A DNA stretch of 64,000 nt from positions 4,125 to 68,124 of the forward strand of contig JAFQZZ010000017.1 of the NCBI GenBank assembly GCA_017405645.1, written 5' to 3'. The position numbers were made by a program, and so were the translations under genes. The notes under the pieces were generated by a model that made no database searches, was not told where the DNA came from, and was given only the letters and a program-made list of their open reading frames with translations. The stretch is from Bacillota bacterium. GTDB taxonomy: Bacteria; Bacillota; Clostridia; Peptostreptococcales; Anaerovoracaceae. Below are positions 8,185-17,609 of the stretch, piece by piece (position 1 is the first letter of the stretch; every line of letters starts with the position of its first letter).

Positions 8185-9015
8185 ATGAGTTACAAGAGGA
8201 TTTTAACGATTCAGGACATTTCCTGTGTGGGACAGTGTTCCCTGACCGAGGCACTGCCGATCCTGTCCGCCTGCGGACTGGAAACGGCGATTCTGCCATC
8301 CGCTGTCCTGTCCAATCATACCGCCGGATTCACGGGCTTTACCTTCCGGGACCTGACGGACGATATGCCGGACATCGAAAAGCAGTGGGAGAAGGAAAAC
8401 CTGAAGTTTGAAGCGGTATACACCGGCTATCTGGGAAGCACCAAGCAGATCGGTTTTGTCCAGAGCATCATGGAGTCCAGCACCGTGCCCGGCGCGATGA
8501 GAATCGTGGACCCGGCCATGGCGGACGGCGGCAAACTCTATCCCATTTTCGACATGGAATACGTGAATGCCATGAAGCCCCTGGTGTTCGGCGCGGACAT
8601 CACCCTGCCCAACATCACGGAAGCCTGTTTCCTGACCGGCATGGAATACAAAGAAGAGTATGACGAGGCTTACATCGACGAACTGCTGCAGAAGATGGCG
8701 GATGCCGGCGCAAAGACCATCGTCCTCACCGGCGTGGGATTCAAGCCCGGGAAGACCGGCGTGATGGTCTATGAGAACGGGGAGAAGAAGTACTACGAAC
8801 ACGACAAGATCGCCAAGGGCTGCCACGGCACCGGCGACGTTTACGCTTCCGCATTCGTTGGGGCCCTGATGCACGGAAAAGACGCCTTTGAAGCGGCGAA
8901 GATCGCGGCGGATTATACGGTGCTGTGCATCGAAAACACCCAGGACGACCCGGACCACTGGTACGGCGTAAAGTTCGAACCGGTGCTGGGAGATCTCATC
9001 GAGATGTTGAAGTAG
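8185..9015 (+). CDS. pdxK: pyridoxal/pyridoxamine kinase (ribokinase superfamily)
   Basis: N-terminus ILTIQDISCVGQCSLTEALPILSACG and C-terminal GTGDVYASAF anion-hole motif are typical of PdxK/PdxY-type kinases. Confidence 0.8.
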   Translation: MSYKRILTIQDISCVGQCSLTEALPILSACGLETAILPSAVLSNHTAGFTGFTFRDLTDDMPDIEKQWEKENLKFEAVYTGYLGSTKQIGFVQSIMESSTVPGAMRIVDPAMADGGKLYPIFDMEYVNAMKPLVFGADITLPNITEACFLTGMEYKEEYDEAYIDELLQKMADAGAKTIVLTGVGFKPGKTGVMVYENGEKKYYEHDKIAKGCHGTGDVYASAFVGALMHGKDAFEAAKIAADYTVLCIENTQDDPDHWYGVKFEPVLGDLIEMLK

Positions 9016-9018
9016 TGA

Positions 9019-9028
9019 GATTGGAGAT
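9019..9028 (+). repeat. post-stop motif GATTGGAGAT, copy a
   Basis: Lies 3 nt after the pdxK TAG, between the stop codon and the terminator hairpin. Confidence 0.7.
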
Positions 9029-9061
9029 AAAAAAGGACGCTCGCAGGAGCGTCCTTTTTTT
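9029..9061. terminator. bidirectional intrinsic terminator
   Basis: AAAAAA-GGACGCT-cgcagg-AGCGTCC-TTTTTTT between convergent genes. Confidence 0.85.
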
Positions 9062-9323
9062 AAGCATTATTCTTTTCCGCTTCCGCAGCGGCCATCACGG
9101 CCCGGGCCAGCTGGTCGCCGCAGGAGGTGGGCTTGTATCCGCAGGTGATGCCGGTGAGTTTGCCGGCGATCTCTTCCGGCGTCCAGCCGTCCACCAGAGC
9201 GGCAATAGCTTTCAGGTTGCCGTCACAGCCGCCGAAGAACTGGATGTTGCTCACTTTCCCGTCCTCCAGGTCGAAGCGGATGATCTGGGAGCAGGTACCT
9301 TCGGTCTGATAATCGTATGTCAT
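9060..9323 (-). CDS. TSCPD-domain protein (TIGR03905-like)
   Basis: 87 aa with GTCSQIIRF, FFGGCDGNLKAI and the TSCGDQLA motif characteristic of the small TSCPD family. Confidence 0.75.
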   Translation of the reverse strand: MTYDYQTEGTCSQIIRFDLEDGKVSNIQFFGGCDGNLKAIAALVDGWTPEEIAGKLTGITCGYKPTSCGDQLARAVMAAAEAEKNNA

Positions 9324-9484
9324 GGTTCATCCTCCATTTGAATTCGAATAAGGCATTGTTTTCCCGTGATCCGATTGTATGCAGAAGACCGGTCTCTGTC
9401 AAGTTTTTCTTGCTAATATGTTGAAGCAGCATCGCTTTTATTGGTATAATCATCCCAAGAGAAGCGAATAGAAAGGATAATGAG

Positions 9485-10081
9485 ATGAAAAAGAAACTGA
9501 TGTTTTTCGGTGACTCCAACACCTACGGTTTCGATCCTCAGAGTTTCTGGGGATATCCCTATGAAAGAGATATCGTCTGGACGACGAAACTGGCGAAAGC
9601 CCATCCGGACTGGGAGGTTTACAACTGCGGCCAGAACGGCCGGGAGATCCCCCATTCCAAGATGCAGTATGATTTTCTGGACAGGGAAATGAAGAGGCTC
9701 GGCCCCCTGGATCTGTTCGGGGTGATGCTGGGCTCCAACGACCTGTTCTGCATGGTCCATCCGACGGCGGAAGCCATCACGGCCAGAATGAACGAACTGG
9801 TGTGGTTTGTCAAGGAGCATCCTTCCGTGACGGAAGAGACGAAGATCCTTGTGATCGCGCCGGCTTGGATCCGGCTGGGTCCCGGGGTCGACCCCGCCAT
9901 CGAACAGTCCGCCTACGGACTGGGAGCAGCCATGAAAAAAATGGCGGAGGAGCAGGGGGTCGCCTTTGCGGATGCCTGGGGATGGGAAATCGCCTTGGGC
10001 CGGGATGGCATGCATTTCTCCCCGGAAGGCCATCATCAGTTCTATGAACAGATGGAACGGGTTCTGGCGGAACTGATGTAG
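9485..10081 (+). CDS. SGNH/GDSL hydrolase family protein
   Basis: N-terminal block I FFGDSNTYG, block III GSND, and a C-terminal DGMHFSPEGH (DxxH) catalytic pair. Confidence 0.85.
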   Translation: MKKKLMFFGDSNTYGFDPQSFWGYPYERDIVWTTKLAKAHPDWEVYNCGQNGREIPHSKMQYDFLDREMKRLGPLDLFGVMLGSNDLFCMVHPTAEAITARMNELVWFVKEHPSVTEETKILVIAPAWIRLGPGVDPAIEQSAYGLGAAMKKMAEEQGVAFADAWGWEIALGRDGMHFSPEGHHQFYEQMERVLAELM

Positions 10082-10175
10082 CAAATTGTGGAAAACTAAT
10101 TCGGTTATACACTTTAATTGCAGCACCTTCTGAATTATAATATATGTGACAGAATGAACACAGGAGGAGATAAAA

Positions 10176-11555
10176 ATGGAGCGAAAAAACTGCTTTGCAT
10201 TATACAATGAAGAAGAACGGGCACAGATGGAAAACACCGCGGCCCTGTACCGTAAATTCCTGAGCGACTGCAAGACGGAGCGCGAATGCGTGAAAGAGAT
10301 CGTCCGTCAGGCGGAGGAAAAAGGATACCGCAACATGGAGGACGTGATCGCTGAGGGCGGAAGCCTTTCGGAAGGGGACAAGGTCTACAGGGTCTGCATG
10401 AAAAAGGCCGTGGCAATGTTCCAGATCGGAAAGAAACCTCTGACGGAAGGGATGAACATCCTGGGAGCCCATATCGACTCCCCGAGGCTGGACATCAAGC
10501 AGAACCCGCTGTTTGAAGACGGGGAACTGGCCTTCCTGGACACCCACTATTACGGCGGGATTAAAAAATACCATTATGTGGCCCTGCCGCTGGCGCTGCA
10601 CGGCACCATAGTCAAAAAGGACGGCACCGTGATCGACATCAACATCGGGGAAGCCGAAGAGGATCCGGTGTTCTGCGTGACGGACCTGCTGATCCACCTG
10701 GCCCAGGAGCAGATGCAGAAGAAGGGCGCCGTCGTAGTCGAGGGCGAAGATTTGAACGTCCTGATCGGCAACGAGGCCCTGGCGGGTGAAGAAAAGGAAG
10801 CAGTGAAGGCCAACATGCTGAAGCTGCTGAAGGAACAATACGATATCGACGAAGAAGATTTCATTTCCGCGGAGATCGAAGCGGTGCCGGCGGGAAAAGC
10901 CCGGGAATCCGGCTTTGACCGCAGCATGATCCTGTCCTACGGCCAGGACGACCGGGTCTGCGCTTATACCTCCCTGAAGGCGATGCTTGAAGTAGGGGAG
11001 ACGGAGAAGACCGCCTGCGGCCTCTTCGTGGACAAGGAGGAGATCGGCAGCGTGGGAGCCACCGGTATGGAATCGAAGTTCTTTGAGAATACGGTGGCGG
11101 AGCTGATGATCCTGACAGGGGAGTATTCCGAGATCAACCTGCGGCGGGCGCTGCAGAAGAGCCGGATGCTGTCCTCCGACGTGAATGCGGGCTTTGATCC
11201 GGCCTATGCGTCGGCTTTCGAAAAGAAGAACGCCTCTTTCCTGTCCCAGGGACTGGTGTTTAACAAATTCACCGGGGCCAGGGGCAAGTCCGGTTCCAAC
11301 GACGCGAACGCGGAATACCTGGCGGACCTGAGACGGATCATGGATGACAACAACGTCCATTACCAGACCTGCGAACTGGGCAAGGTGGACCTGGGCGGCG
11401 GCGGGACCATCGCCTATATCCTGGCCCTGTACGGGATGGAGGTCATCGACAGCGGCGTGCCCGTGCTGAGCATGCACGCCCCCTGGGAAGTGACCAGCAA
11501 GGCGGATATTTACGAGGCGGAAAAAGGTTACCGGGCCTTCCTGCTGTACGCCTAG
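10176..11555 (+). CDS. M18-family aminopeptidase
   Basis: 459 aa. GAHIDSPRLD, the acidic EEIGS block and SMHAP near the C-terminus are typical of aspartyl/aminopeptidase 1 (M18). Confidence 0.8.
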   Translation: MERKNCFALYNEEERAQMENTAALYRKFLSDCKTERECVKEIVRQAEEKGYRNMEDVIAEGGSLSEGDKVYRVCMKKAVAMFQIGKKPLTEGMNILGAHIDSPRLDIKQNPLFEDGELAFLDTHYYGGIKKYHYVALPLALHGTIVKKDGTVIDINIGEAEEDPVFCVTDLLIHLAQEQMQKKGAVVVEGEDLNVLIGNEALAGEEKEAVKANMLKLLKEQYDIDEEDFISAEIEAVPAGKARESGFDRSMILSYGQDDRVCAYTSLKAMLEVGETEKTACGLFVDKEEIGSVGATGMESKFFENTVAELMILTGEYSEINLRRALQKSRMLSSDVNAGFDPAYASAFEKKNASFLSQGLVFNKFTGARGKSGSNDANAEYLADLRRIMDDNNVHYQTCELGKVDLGGGGTIAYILALYGMEVIDSGVPVLSMHAPWEVTSKADIYEAEKGYRAFLLYA

Positions 11556-11605
11556 ACCGGCATCCGGCCCGGCCGCATCCACAGAGAATGGGGTGAACAT
11601 CCGTA

Positions 11606-12874
11606 ATGAAAAGAAGAATGAGCAGAGAGGAATACTATCGGCGCAAAAAGCTGCAGCGAAGACGGATCTTCTGGTTCATCGTCGTACCGCTGATCATTGT
11701 CATCGGATTGGGAGCCTACGGCGTCCATTCCCTGATCGACAAATTCGGCAATGACACGCCGGCGGTCAGCGCTGGGGGCTCGGAAGAGCAGGCCCAGACC
11801 CAGGAAGACGCCGAGTCGGAAATGGCCGCCAGCCAGAAGCTGGACCGGCTCCTGGAGGGAATGACCCTGCATGAAAAGGTCTCCCAGCTGTTCATCGTCA
11901 CGCCGGAAGAACTGACCGGTTCGGAAGGAGCGGTGACGGCGGCCGGGGACGTGACCAGAGCCAGGCTGAAGGAGTACCCGGTGGGAGGCGTCATCTATTT
12001 CGCCGATAACCTGGTCAGTAAAGAGCAGACGCAGTCGATGATCACCCGCATCCAGGGCTTTGCGAAGGATGACATCGGGATCCCGCTTTTCATTGCGGTG
12101 GACGAAGAAGGAGGGGTCGTTGCCCGGGTGGCGGACAATCTGGGAACCACCAAATTCCAACCCATGTTCACTTACCGCAATGACGGGGCGGAAAAGGCGA
12201 AGAGCAATGCGAAGACCATCGCCTCCGATATCTCGGAACTGGGATTCAACCTGGACTTCGCGCCGGTGGCGGACACCTGGTCCAACGAGGCGAACACGGT
12301 GATCGGCCAGCGGGCTTACAGCGATGATTACAGCCAGGCGGCGGATCTGGTTTCCGCGGCGGTCAAGGGCTTCCACAGCGGCGGCGTAGCCTGCACGCTG
12401 AAGCATTTCCCGGGCCACGGCGACACGGCGGAAGACACCCATGAAGGTTCCGCTTATGTGAACAAGACACTGGAGCAGCTGGAAAGCGAGGATTTCATCC
12501 CCTTTGTGGCGGGGATCAAGGCCGGAGCGGACATGATCATGGTCGGGCACATCACGGTGCCTGCCATCGAAGCTATGCCGGCGACGTTCTCTTCCGCGGT
12601 CATCCAGGACATCCTCCGGGGCGAACTGCGGTTCAAGGGAGTGGTCGTCACCGATGCGCTGAACATGGGGGCAATCGCGAACACTTATTCCCAGGCCGAT
12701 GCGGCGCTGAAGGCCTTCGAGGCCGGCAATGACGTCCTGCTCTGCACCGGTGACTTGGAAGGAGCCGTCCAGGCGCTGGAGAACGCGGTGAACACCGGCG
12801 TGATCACCGAAGAACGTCTGGATGAAAGCGTCAGACGAATTTTGAAGCTAAAGATTGACAGAGGCATACTTTAA
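11606..12874 (+). CDS. glycoside hydrolase family 3 protein, beta-N-acetylhexosaminidase-like, membrane-anchored
   Basis: N-terminal TM helix. Carries KHFPGHGDT and the GH3 N-terminal domain pattern (AVDEEGG, NLDFAPVAD). Confidence 0.85.
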   Translation: MKRRMSREEYYRRKKLQRRRIFWFIVVPLIIVIGLGAYGVHSLIDKFGNDTPAVSAGGSEEQAQTQEDAESEMAASQKLDRLLEGMTLHEKVSQLFIVTPEELTGSEGAVTAAGDVTRARLKEYPVGGVIYFADNLVSKEQTQSMITRIQGFAKDDIGIPLFIAVDEEGGVVARVADNLGTTKFQPMFTYRNDGAEKAKSNAKTIASDISELGFNLDFAPVADTWSNEANTVIGQRAYSDDYSQAADLVSAAVKGFHSGGVACTLKHFPGHGDTAEDTHEGSAYVNKTLEQLESEDFIPFVAGIKAGADMIMVGHITVPAIEAMPATFSSAVIQDILRGELRFKGVVVTDALNMGAIANTYSQADAALKAFEAGNDVLLCTGDLEGAVQALENAVNTGVITEERLDESVRRILKLKIDRGIL

Positions 12875-12915
12875 GTGGTATGATAAAAGGGCGGAAACGG
12901 AAGATTCGCCCGTAT

Positions 12916-12991
<76 letters not shown>

Positions 12992-13089
12992 ATGAAGAGA
13001 GGCAGTACAAAGGTGCTGTCTCTTTTCGTCACTTTGGGTATGTGTTATAATGCATAAAAACAGATTTCATGAGGAAGGGAGGCATCCCC

Positions 13090-13959
13090 ATGTCTTCGAA
13101 TAAATATGATGTATTTTTAAAAGTGGTGGATCTGGGCAGTTTCAGCCGGGCCGCCCGGGAACTGGGTTATACCCAGTCCACCGTCAGCCAGTCTGTGATC
13201 CAGATGGAAACAGCTTTCGGATTCAAGCTTATGGACCGGAACAAGAAAGGCCTGAACCTGACGCCGGAGGGAGAGGCGTTGCTTCCCCTGATCCGGGAAG
13301 CGTCGGAGAGCGAGCGGCGGATTGAGGAAAAGGTCGCCGAACTCAGCGGCGTTCTGAAGGGCAGGGTTTTCGTTGGTGCTTACCATTCCATCTCGAACCG
13401 GTGGATGCCCCGGATCCTGGAAAACTTCAAAGAGCTTTATCCCGAAGTGACGATCGATCATATTTACGGGAACTCGGATATTCTCCACGAATTATTGGAA
13501 TTCGGCCGTCTGGACTGCTGTCTGATGGATATCCTGCCGGGGGAATCCTTTGAAACACATTTTCTCCATCGGGACAGCTATAAAGTGCTCCTGCCGATGG
13601 ATCACCCTCTTTCGCAGTCGGAAACCTTCCCCTTGTCTGAACTGGATCCGGCGGGCGTGGATTACGTACTGAAGGGAAGAGGACAGTGTCTGTTCCGAAA
13701 GGGTTCGGAAGAAGAGGTTTCCTATTTCACCACTGACGACAGTGTGATGGTGATGATGGTGGAACAGGGGCTTGGGATTGGTCTGATCTCGGATCTGTCC
13801 CTCAGTTACCGTTCCGCCGACGTCGTTGTCAAGGACACGGACGTTCCCCTGACCCGTGACCTGGGGATCCTGGTCAAAAACGAGAAGAATCTTTCCCCCG
13901 CTGCCAGGACTTTTATCCGGCATCTGAGGAAAAACGACTATTATCTGAAAGAAAAATGA
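13090..13959 (+). CDS. LysR-family transcriptional regulator
   Basis: N-terminal HTH FLKVVDLGSFSRAARELGYTQSTVSQ with a C-terminal substrate-binding domain. Start at the ATG at 13090, with GGGAGG 8 nt upstream. Confidence 0.9.
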   Translation: MSSNKYDVFLKVVDLGSFSRAARELGYTQSTVSQSVIQMETAFGFKLMDRNKKGLNLTPEGEALLPLIREASESERRIEEKVAELSGVLKGRVFVGAYHSISNRWMPRILENFKELYPEVTIDHIYGNSDILHELLEFGRLDCCLMDILPGESFETHFLHRDSYKVLLPMDHPLSQSETFPLSELDPAGVDYVLKGRGQCLFRKGSEEEVSYFTTDDSVMVMMVEQGLGIGLISDLSLSYRSADVVVKDTDVPLTRDLGILVKNEKNLSPAARTFIRHLRKNDYYLKEK

Positions 13960-14098
13960 TAGAAGAACGCCATTGCAAATGATGATAGTCCCATCGGTTC
14001 TATCGATAATGCGATAATACGAAGGCTATGCCGGAGAGGCATGGCCTTCATTTTTGTTGAAATTCAGGGGTTTTTGACGGGGACCATCTTCCCGGCGA

Positions 14099-14124
14099 CC
14101 CGATTTGCCATCGGTTTTTCCGAT
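14099..14124. promoter_or_regulatory. interlocked palindromes CCGAT-N5-ATCGG-N5-CCGAT (T-N11-A type), candidate LysR box
   Basis: CCGATTTGCCATCGGTTTTTCCGAT lies ~110 nt upstream of the small ORF at 14233. A related ATCGGTTCTATCGAT is at 13993-14007. Confidence 0.35.
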
Positions 14125-14232
14125 AGTACTATCTTACCGTTTAATTTTACTTTTTTCTCTTTTCGCGTTACGATGGACTCAAGAAAAGAACATCAGACCC
14201 CAACCCCTAAAAGAATAAGAGGAGGAGAAAAA

Positions 14233-14367
14233 ATGAGTGATTATGTAGTTGAAAACAGAAATGTCAGACAGAATGAAAAGAGCGAAATTGGCACAAGATC
14301 CTGGTTACTGCCGGTGGTGCTTGTGGCAGCTGCAGCAGCAAATCTGATGCTGGCTTACATCTTCTAA
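14233..14367 (+). CDS. small hypothetical membrane protein (44 aa)
   Basis: Strong RBS AGGAGGAG 6 nt upstream. Polar N-terminus then a hydrophobic tail WLLPVVLVAAAAANLMLAYIF. A clean terminator follows. The longer ORF from 14041 lacks support. Confidence 0.5.
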   Translation: MSDYVVENRNVRQNEKSEIGTRSWLLPVVLVAAAAANLMLAYIF

Positions 14368-14403
14368 ATCATAATTGATGCCTGTCAGACAGAATCATCC
14401 GGA

Positions 14404-14437
14404 AGACCGCACCCCGAAAAGGTGCGGTCTTTTTTTA
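14404..14437 (+). terminator. intrinsic terminator
   Basis: AGACCGCACC-ccgaaaa-GGTGCGGTCT followed by TTTTTTT. Confidence 0.85.
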
Positions 14438-14543
14438 TTGGAAAAAAGAAAAATTGTACCTGAATTCCAAATCATATATAATAATGGCAAGAAGAAACCA
14501 TTACCGGGTTCATTATGATTGATTATGGAAGGAAGTGTATACT

Positions 14544-14894
14544 ATGAAGATGATGCATGTGACGATCCAGACCTGCCGTTTTGAGGAGGAGCTGGCGTTT
14601 TATCAGAAGATCCCCGGACTGAAGATCGTGGGGGACATGAGAGACAAGGGAAAGAACCTGGTGTTCCTGGCAAACAGCGAGGGGGAGACCTGCGTGGAAG
14701 TGATCGATAATCCGGAAGCGGAAAACAGCGGCAATGCAAACCTGTCCATTGGCTTCCATGCGGAGGACGTGGAGGCGCTGCGGGAGCAGCTGCAGCAGGA
14801 AGGGTTATCCCCGACACCGATGATCACACCGGTTCCCGGCGTGAGGTTTTTCTTCGTGAAAGATCCGGCCGGGGTAAATGTGCAGTTTATTTAA
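14544..14894 (+). CDS. VOC family protein (glyoxalase/bleomycin-resistance/dioxygenase fold)
   Basis: ~116 aa. HVTIQT near the N-terminus, a LSIGFHAEDV middle strand, and FFFVKDPAGVNVQF at the C-terminus, typical of VOC domains. Confidence 0.75.
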   Translation: MKMMHVTIQTCRFEEELAFYQKIPGLKIVGDMRDKGKNLVFLANSEGETCVEVIDNPEAENSGNANLSIGFHAEDVEALREQLQQEGLSPTPMITPVPGVRFFFVKDPAGVNVQFI

Positions 14895-14967
14895 AACATT
14901 TATGTGGTATAATTAAAGTATAAGGAATTGGTGAAAGAGTAAGAAGGAAACGAAGGAGGGGGAATCA

Positions 14968-17100
14968 ATGAAGAAATCAAAGAAATTATTGTCCGTGTTC
15001 CTGGCGCTGGCGTTGGTGATCACGCTGATGCCGGCCATGACCTTCACCAGCCAGGCCAAGGCAGACTATAAAGTCAGCACCATGGCTCAACTGAAGTCAT
15101 ATATGGAAAGTGACGGACTCAATTGTGCGGTCCTGCAGAAGGACATCACCGGCCATGCGGACGGGGACTACGAGTTCTGGTGCACCATCAAGGGCACCAA
15201 GTGGATCGATATGAACGGCTACGATATTGACATCAGCAATGACAACGGCCGGTACGTTTCCACGTTATTCAGCGTTCCGGCGGGAGCGCACCTGACGGTG
15301 TATGACAGCACGAAATCCGGGGACAGCAACGTTCATTATGACGGCTATATCAACGATGACGGCAGCTACAGATACCGGGGCATTTTTTCGGTCAGCGGGG
15401 ATCTGACCCTGACCGGCATCACCGTTGAGGCCGGCCGTTCCAAGGATTTTTACAGCGCATACTATGCTACGACGGTCTGGAAACAGATCTATGGAACAGC
15501 CGTTATTGCTAAAAACGGAAGCAAAATCGACATCACCAGCTGTACGCTTTTCGGCAGAGGGGATAACGCTCATTCAACAAATGGGCCTGATTCCGGAAGA
15601 AATGCCGGAATCGAGGCGAATTACGGATCCCAGGTATATTTCAATAGTGGCGAAATCAAAGCTAAAGGCAGCGCCAACTGTTTCAATGTTTACAGCGGAG
15701 CGACCGTAAAGGTGCTGAGCGGGACCTTTACCTGCGACAAGCTGGATGCCGTCAAATGCGATGGAAAAATCACCAAGGGCACCGGATTAGGAAAAGTCGG
15801 ACTAATTGAGCAGCGTATCGGGAACTATGCCACCACAACCACCCAAAGCCCTTCGAACGCCGAGCTGAGCACCGTGAATTCGTTGAAGGTCCTTCCGGCA
15901 GGAAACGGTGACGGCAAGTTTACGGCCGCCAGCGGGGACCAGGTCCAGGAGAACGGCGTTACTGTGAACTGGCTTCCTTCCTCCGATCCGAACGTGAGCC
16001 TGGATATCTTCCTGAAGAATTCCTCGGGTTATTATTTCCATAATGTAAATCTTTCGACCCTCGGGGTGGATTTCGCCTGGACATACACCATGAAAATCTA
16101 TCAGAACGGGTCTTTGCTCAAAACCAAAGTTTACAACACTACGGCGCAGAGGACCTTCAATGTGAACGAGATCTTCGACGGTTTCACCCCCAGCAAAAAC
16201 GTAACGTACAACCTGGTGTGCGAATTTGACCAGATCCTGAACAACAAATTACATGCAACCGGGAAAACCAGTGATTTCTACTTCAAAATCGTGGACTATG
16301 AAAAGCCGGTGATCACGTCCCAGTCGCCGACGGATGTTTACTACGATAACAACAACACGGTCAACATGACCGTCAACGCGACCGGAACGAATCTGCATTA
16401 CCAATGGAGTTACATGAAACCGGGAACAAACTACTGGGTGCCATTAACGGAGGAGACGGGCAAGACCATGAAAGCCGGCCCGCTGACGGCGGCGGATGAC
16501 GGGGCCCAATACGCCTGTGTAGTTTACAACAGCAAAGGAAACGCCACGTCCAAGGAAATCACCCTGCATTATAAACCGAAGGATACCGGGAAAACCAATC
16601 CCTTTGTGGACGTCTTTGCAAGCGACTACTATTATGATGCAGTGCTGTGGGCGTATTATGCGAGCCCCCAGATCACCAACGGCATGGACGAGACTCACTT
16701 CGGACCGAATATAACGGTTACCCGGGCTCACTGCGTGACTTTCCTGTGGCGCGCGGCGGGGTGCCCGGAACCCACCAGCAGTTACAACCCCTTCGTGGAT
16801 GTTCCTGCAGGTGAATACTACTATAAACCGGTGCTATGGGCGGTGGAAAAAGGCATCACCAAGGGCATCGCAGACGACGTGTTTGCTCCGAATGACACCC
16901 TGACCACCCAGCACATCGTCACCTTCCTGTACCGGTCCATGAATCCGGGCAAGGACGGATGGGATGGCGAAGCGGCCCAGTGGGCCTGCCAGTCCTACGC
17001 CGGCAAACCCTTCGGCGTGGACATCGAAGTCAACAACTGGACCGATTGTCCGCGGCGCGATGTAGTGGTATTCCTCTACCGGGCCAATGCGAAAGGGTAA
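14968..17100 (+). CDS. secreted surface protein with C-terminal SLH-like cell-wall-binding repeats
   Basis: Signal peptide MKKSKKLLSVFLALALVITLMPAMTFTSQA. Central Ig-like segment (NLHYQWSY...YACVVYNSKGNATS). Two to three C-terminal repeats of the form FVDV..YYY..VLWA...GIT.G.....F.P....T......FLYR. Confidence 0.75.
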   Translation: MKKSKKLLSVFLALALVITLMPAMTFTSQAKADYKVSTMAQLKSYMESDGLNCAVLQKDITGHADGDYEFWCTIKGTKWIDMNGYDIDISNDNGRYVSTLFSVPAGAHLTVYDSTKSGDSNVHYDGYINDDGSYRYRGIFSVSGDLTLTGITVEAGRSKDFYSAYYATTVWKQIYGTAVIAKNGSKIDITSCTLFGRGDNAHSTNGPDSGRNAGIEANYGSQVYFNSGEIKAKGSANCFNVYSGATVKVLSGTFTCDKLDAVKCDGKITKGTGLGKVGLIEQRIGNYATTTTQSPSNAELSTVNSLKVLPAGNGDGKFTAASGDQVQENGVTVNWLPSSDPNVSLDIFLKNSSGYYFHNVNLSTLGVDFAWTYTMKIYQNGSLLKTKVYNTTAQRTFNVNEIFDGFTPSKNVTYNLVCEFDQILNNKLHATGKTSDFYFKIVDYEKPVITSQSPTDVYYDNNNTVNMTVNATGTNLHYQWSYMKPGTNYWVPLTEETGKTMKAGPLTAADDGAQYACVVYNSKGNATSKEITLHYKPKDTGKTNPFVDVFASDYYYDAVLWAYYASPQITNGMDETHFGPNITVTRAHCVTFLWRAAGCPEPTSSYNPFVDVPAGEYYYKPVLWAVEKGITKGIADDVFAPNDTLTTQHIVTFLYRSMNPGKDGWDGEAAQWACQSYAGKPFGVDIEVNNWTDCPRRDVVVFLYRANAKG

Positions 17101-17103
17101 AGA

Positions 17104-17113
17104 GATTGGAGAT
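17104..17113 (+). repeat. post-stop motif GATTGGAGAT, copy b
   Basis: Lies 3 nt after the TAA of the surface-protein gene. Followed by TGAAGAATTAAAG and the terminator. Confidence 0.7.
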
Positions 17114-17132
17114 TGAAGAATTAAAGATATGC

Positions 17133-17168
17133 AAAAACCCCCTGAGGTTTCAGCCTCAGGGGGTTTTG
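17133..17168. terminator. bidirectional intrinsic terminator
   Basis: AAAAACCCCCTGAGG-tttcagc-CCTCAGGGGGTTTT between convergent genes. Confidence 0.85.
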
Positions 17169-17179
17169 TATTCATCGGT

Positions 17180-17596
17180 TTACTGTCCCATAAAGCGGGC
17201 GTTTTTGGCTACCAGGATATCTTCCGCTTCTTCCAGGAAGAGCTTGGCCTTGGCGGTGAAGTAACCGCATTCCGGCTTGGAGATTTCCGGTTCGCATCCC
17301 CGCTGCATTTCGTCATAGGCTTCGTCCAGCCGGACCAGGATCTCACTGAGCTCGTCGCTCATCAGCCCGTTGTCGATGTATTTCTGGCGGAAGAACCGTT
17401 CCGCCGCTGCGTCGTCCTCTGTCAGGTAATCGTCCGTGGCCAGGAGTCCCTTGATGGCCAGAAAAACGGATTCGTAGTTCTTCCGGAGACATTTCGGAAG
17501 ATCGTTTTTCCTCAAGAGCGCTTCGGCTTCCTCGTGGGCTTTCGTCGCTTTCATGATGCATTCGTTGCAGTAGATATCCCGTTCGTATTCGTTCAT
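17180..17596 (-). CDS. hypothetical protein, HEPN-like all-helical domain
   Basis: 138 aa from the ATG at 17596, with GAGGTG 6 nt upstream. The helix pattern (A.EEAEALL, Y.SVFLAIKGLL, LVRLDEAYDE, AKLFLEEAEDIL) fits HEPN. No RX4-6H motif was seen. Confidence 0.45.
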   Translation of the reverse strand: MNEYERDIYCNECIMKATKAHEEAEALLRKNDLPKCLRKNYESVFLAIKGLLATDDYLTEDDAAAERFFRQKYIDNGLMSDELSEILVRLDEAYDEMQRGCEPEISKPECGYFTAKAKLFLEEAEDILVAKNARFMGQ

Positions 17597-17609
17597 TCGT
17601 CCCACCTCG

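Noticed and set aside
10200-11600. Very long ORFs antisense to, or out of frame with, confident genes. Examples: 10200-11600 (-), 24816-26381 (-), 35194-36633 (-), 42760-44712 (-), 55455-58586 (-), 6946-8049 (-), 8203-8958 (-).
   Set aside because: They mirror well-supported genes on the opposite strand. Their composition is Arg/Pro/Gly/His-rich and low in complexity, they lack RBSs, and they carry no family signatures. This is the expected artefact of stop-codon depletion in GC-rich coding DNA.
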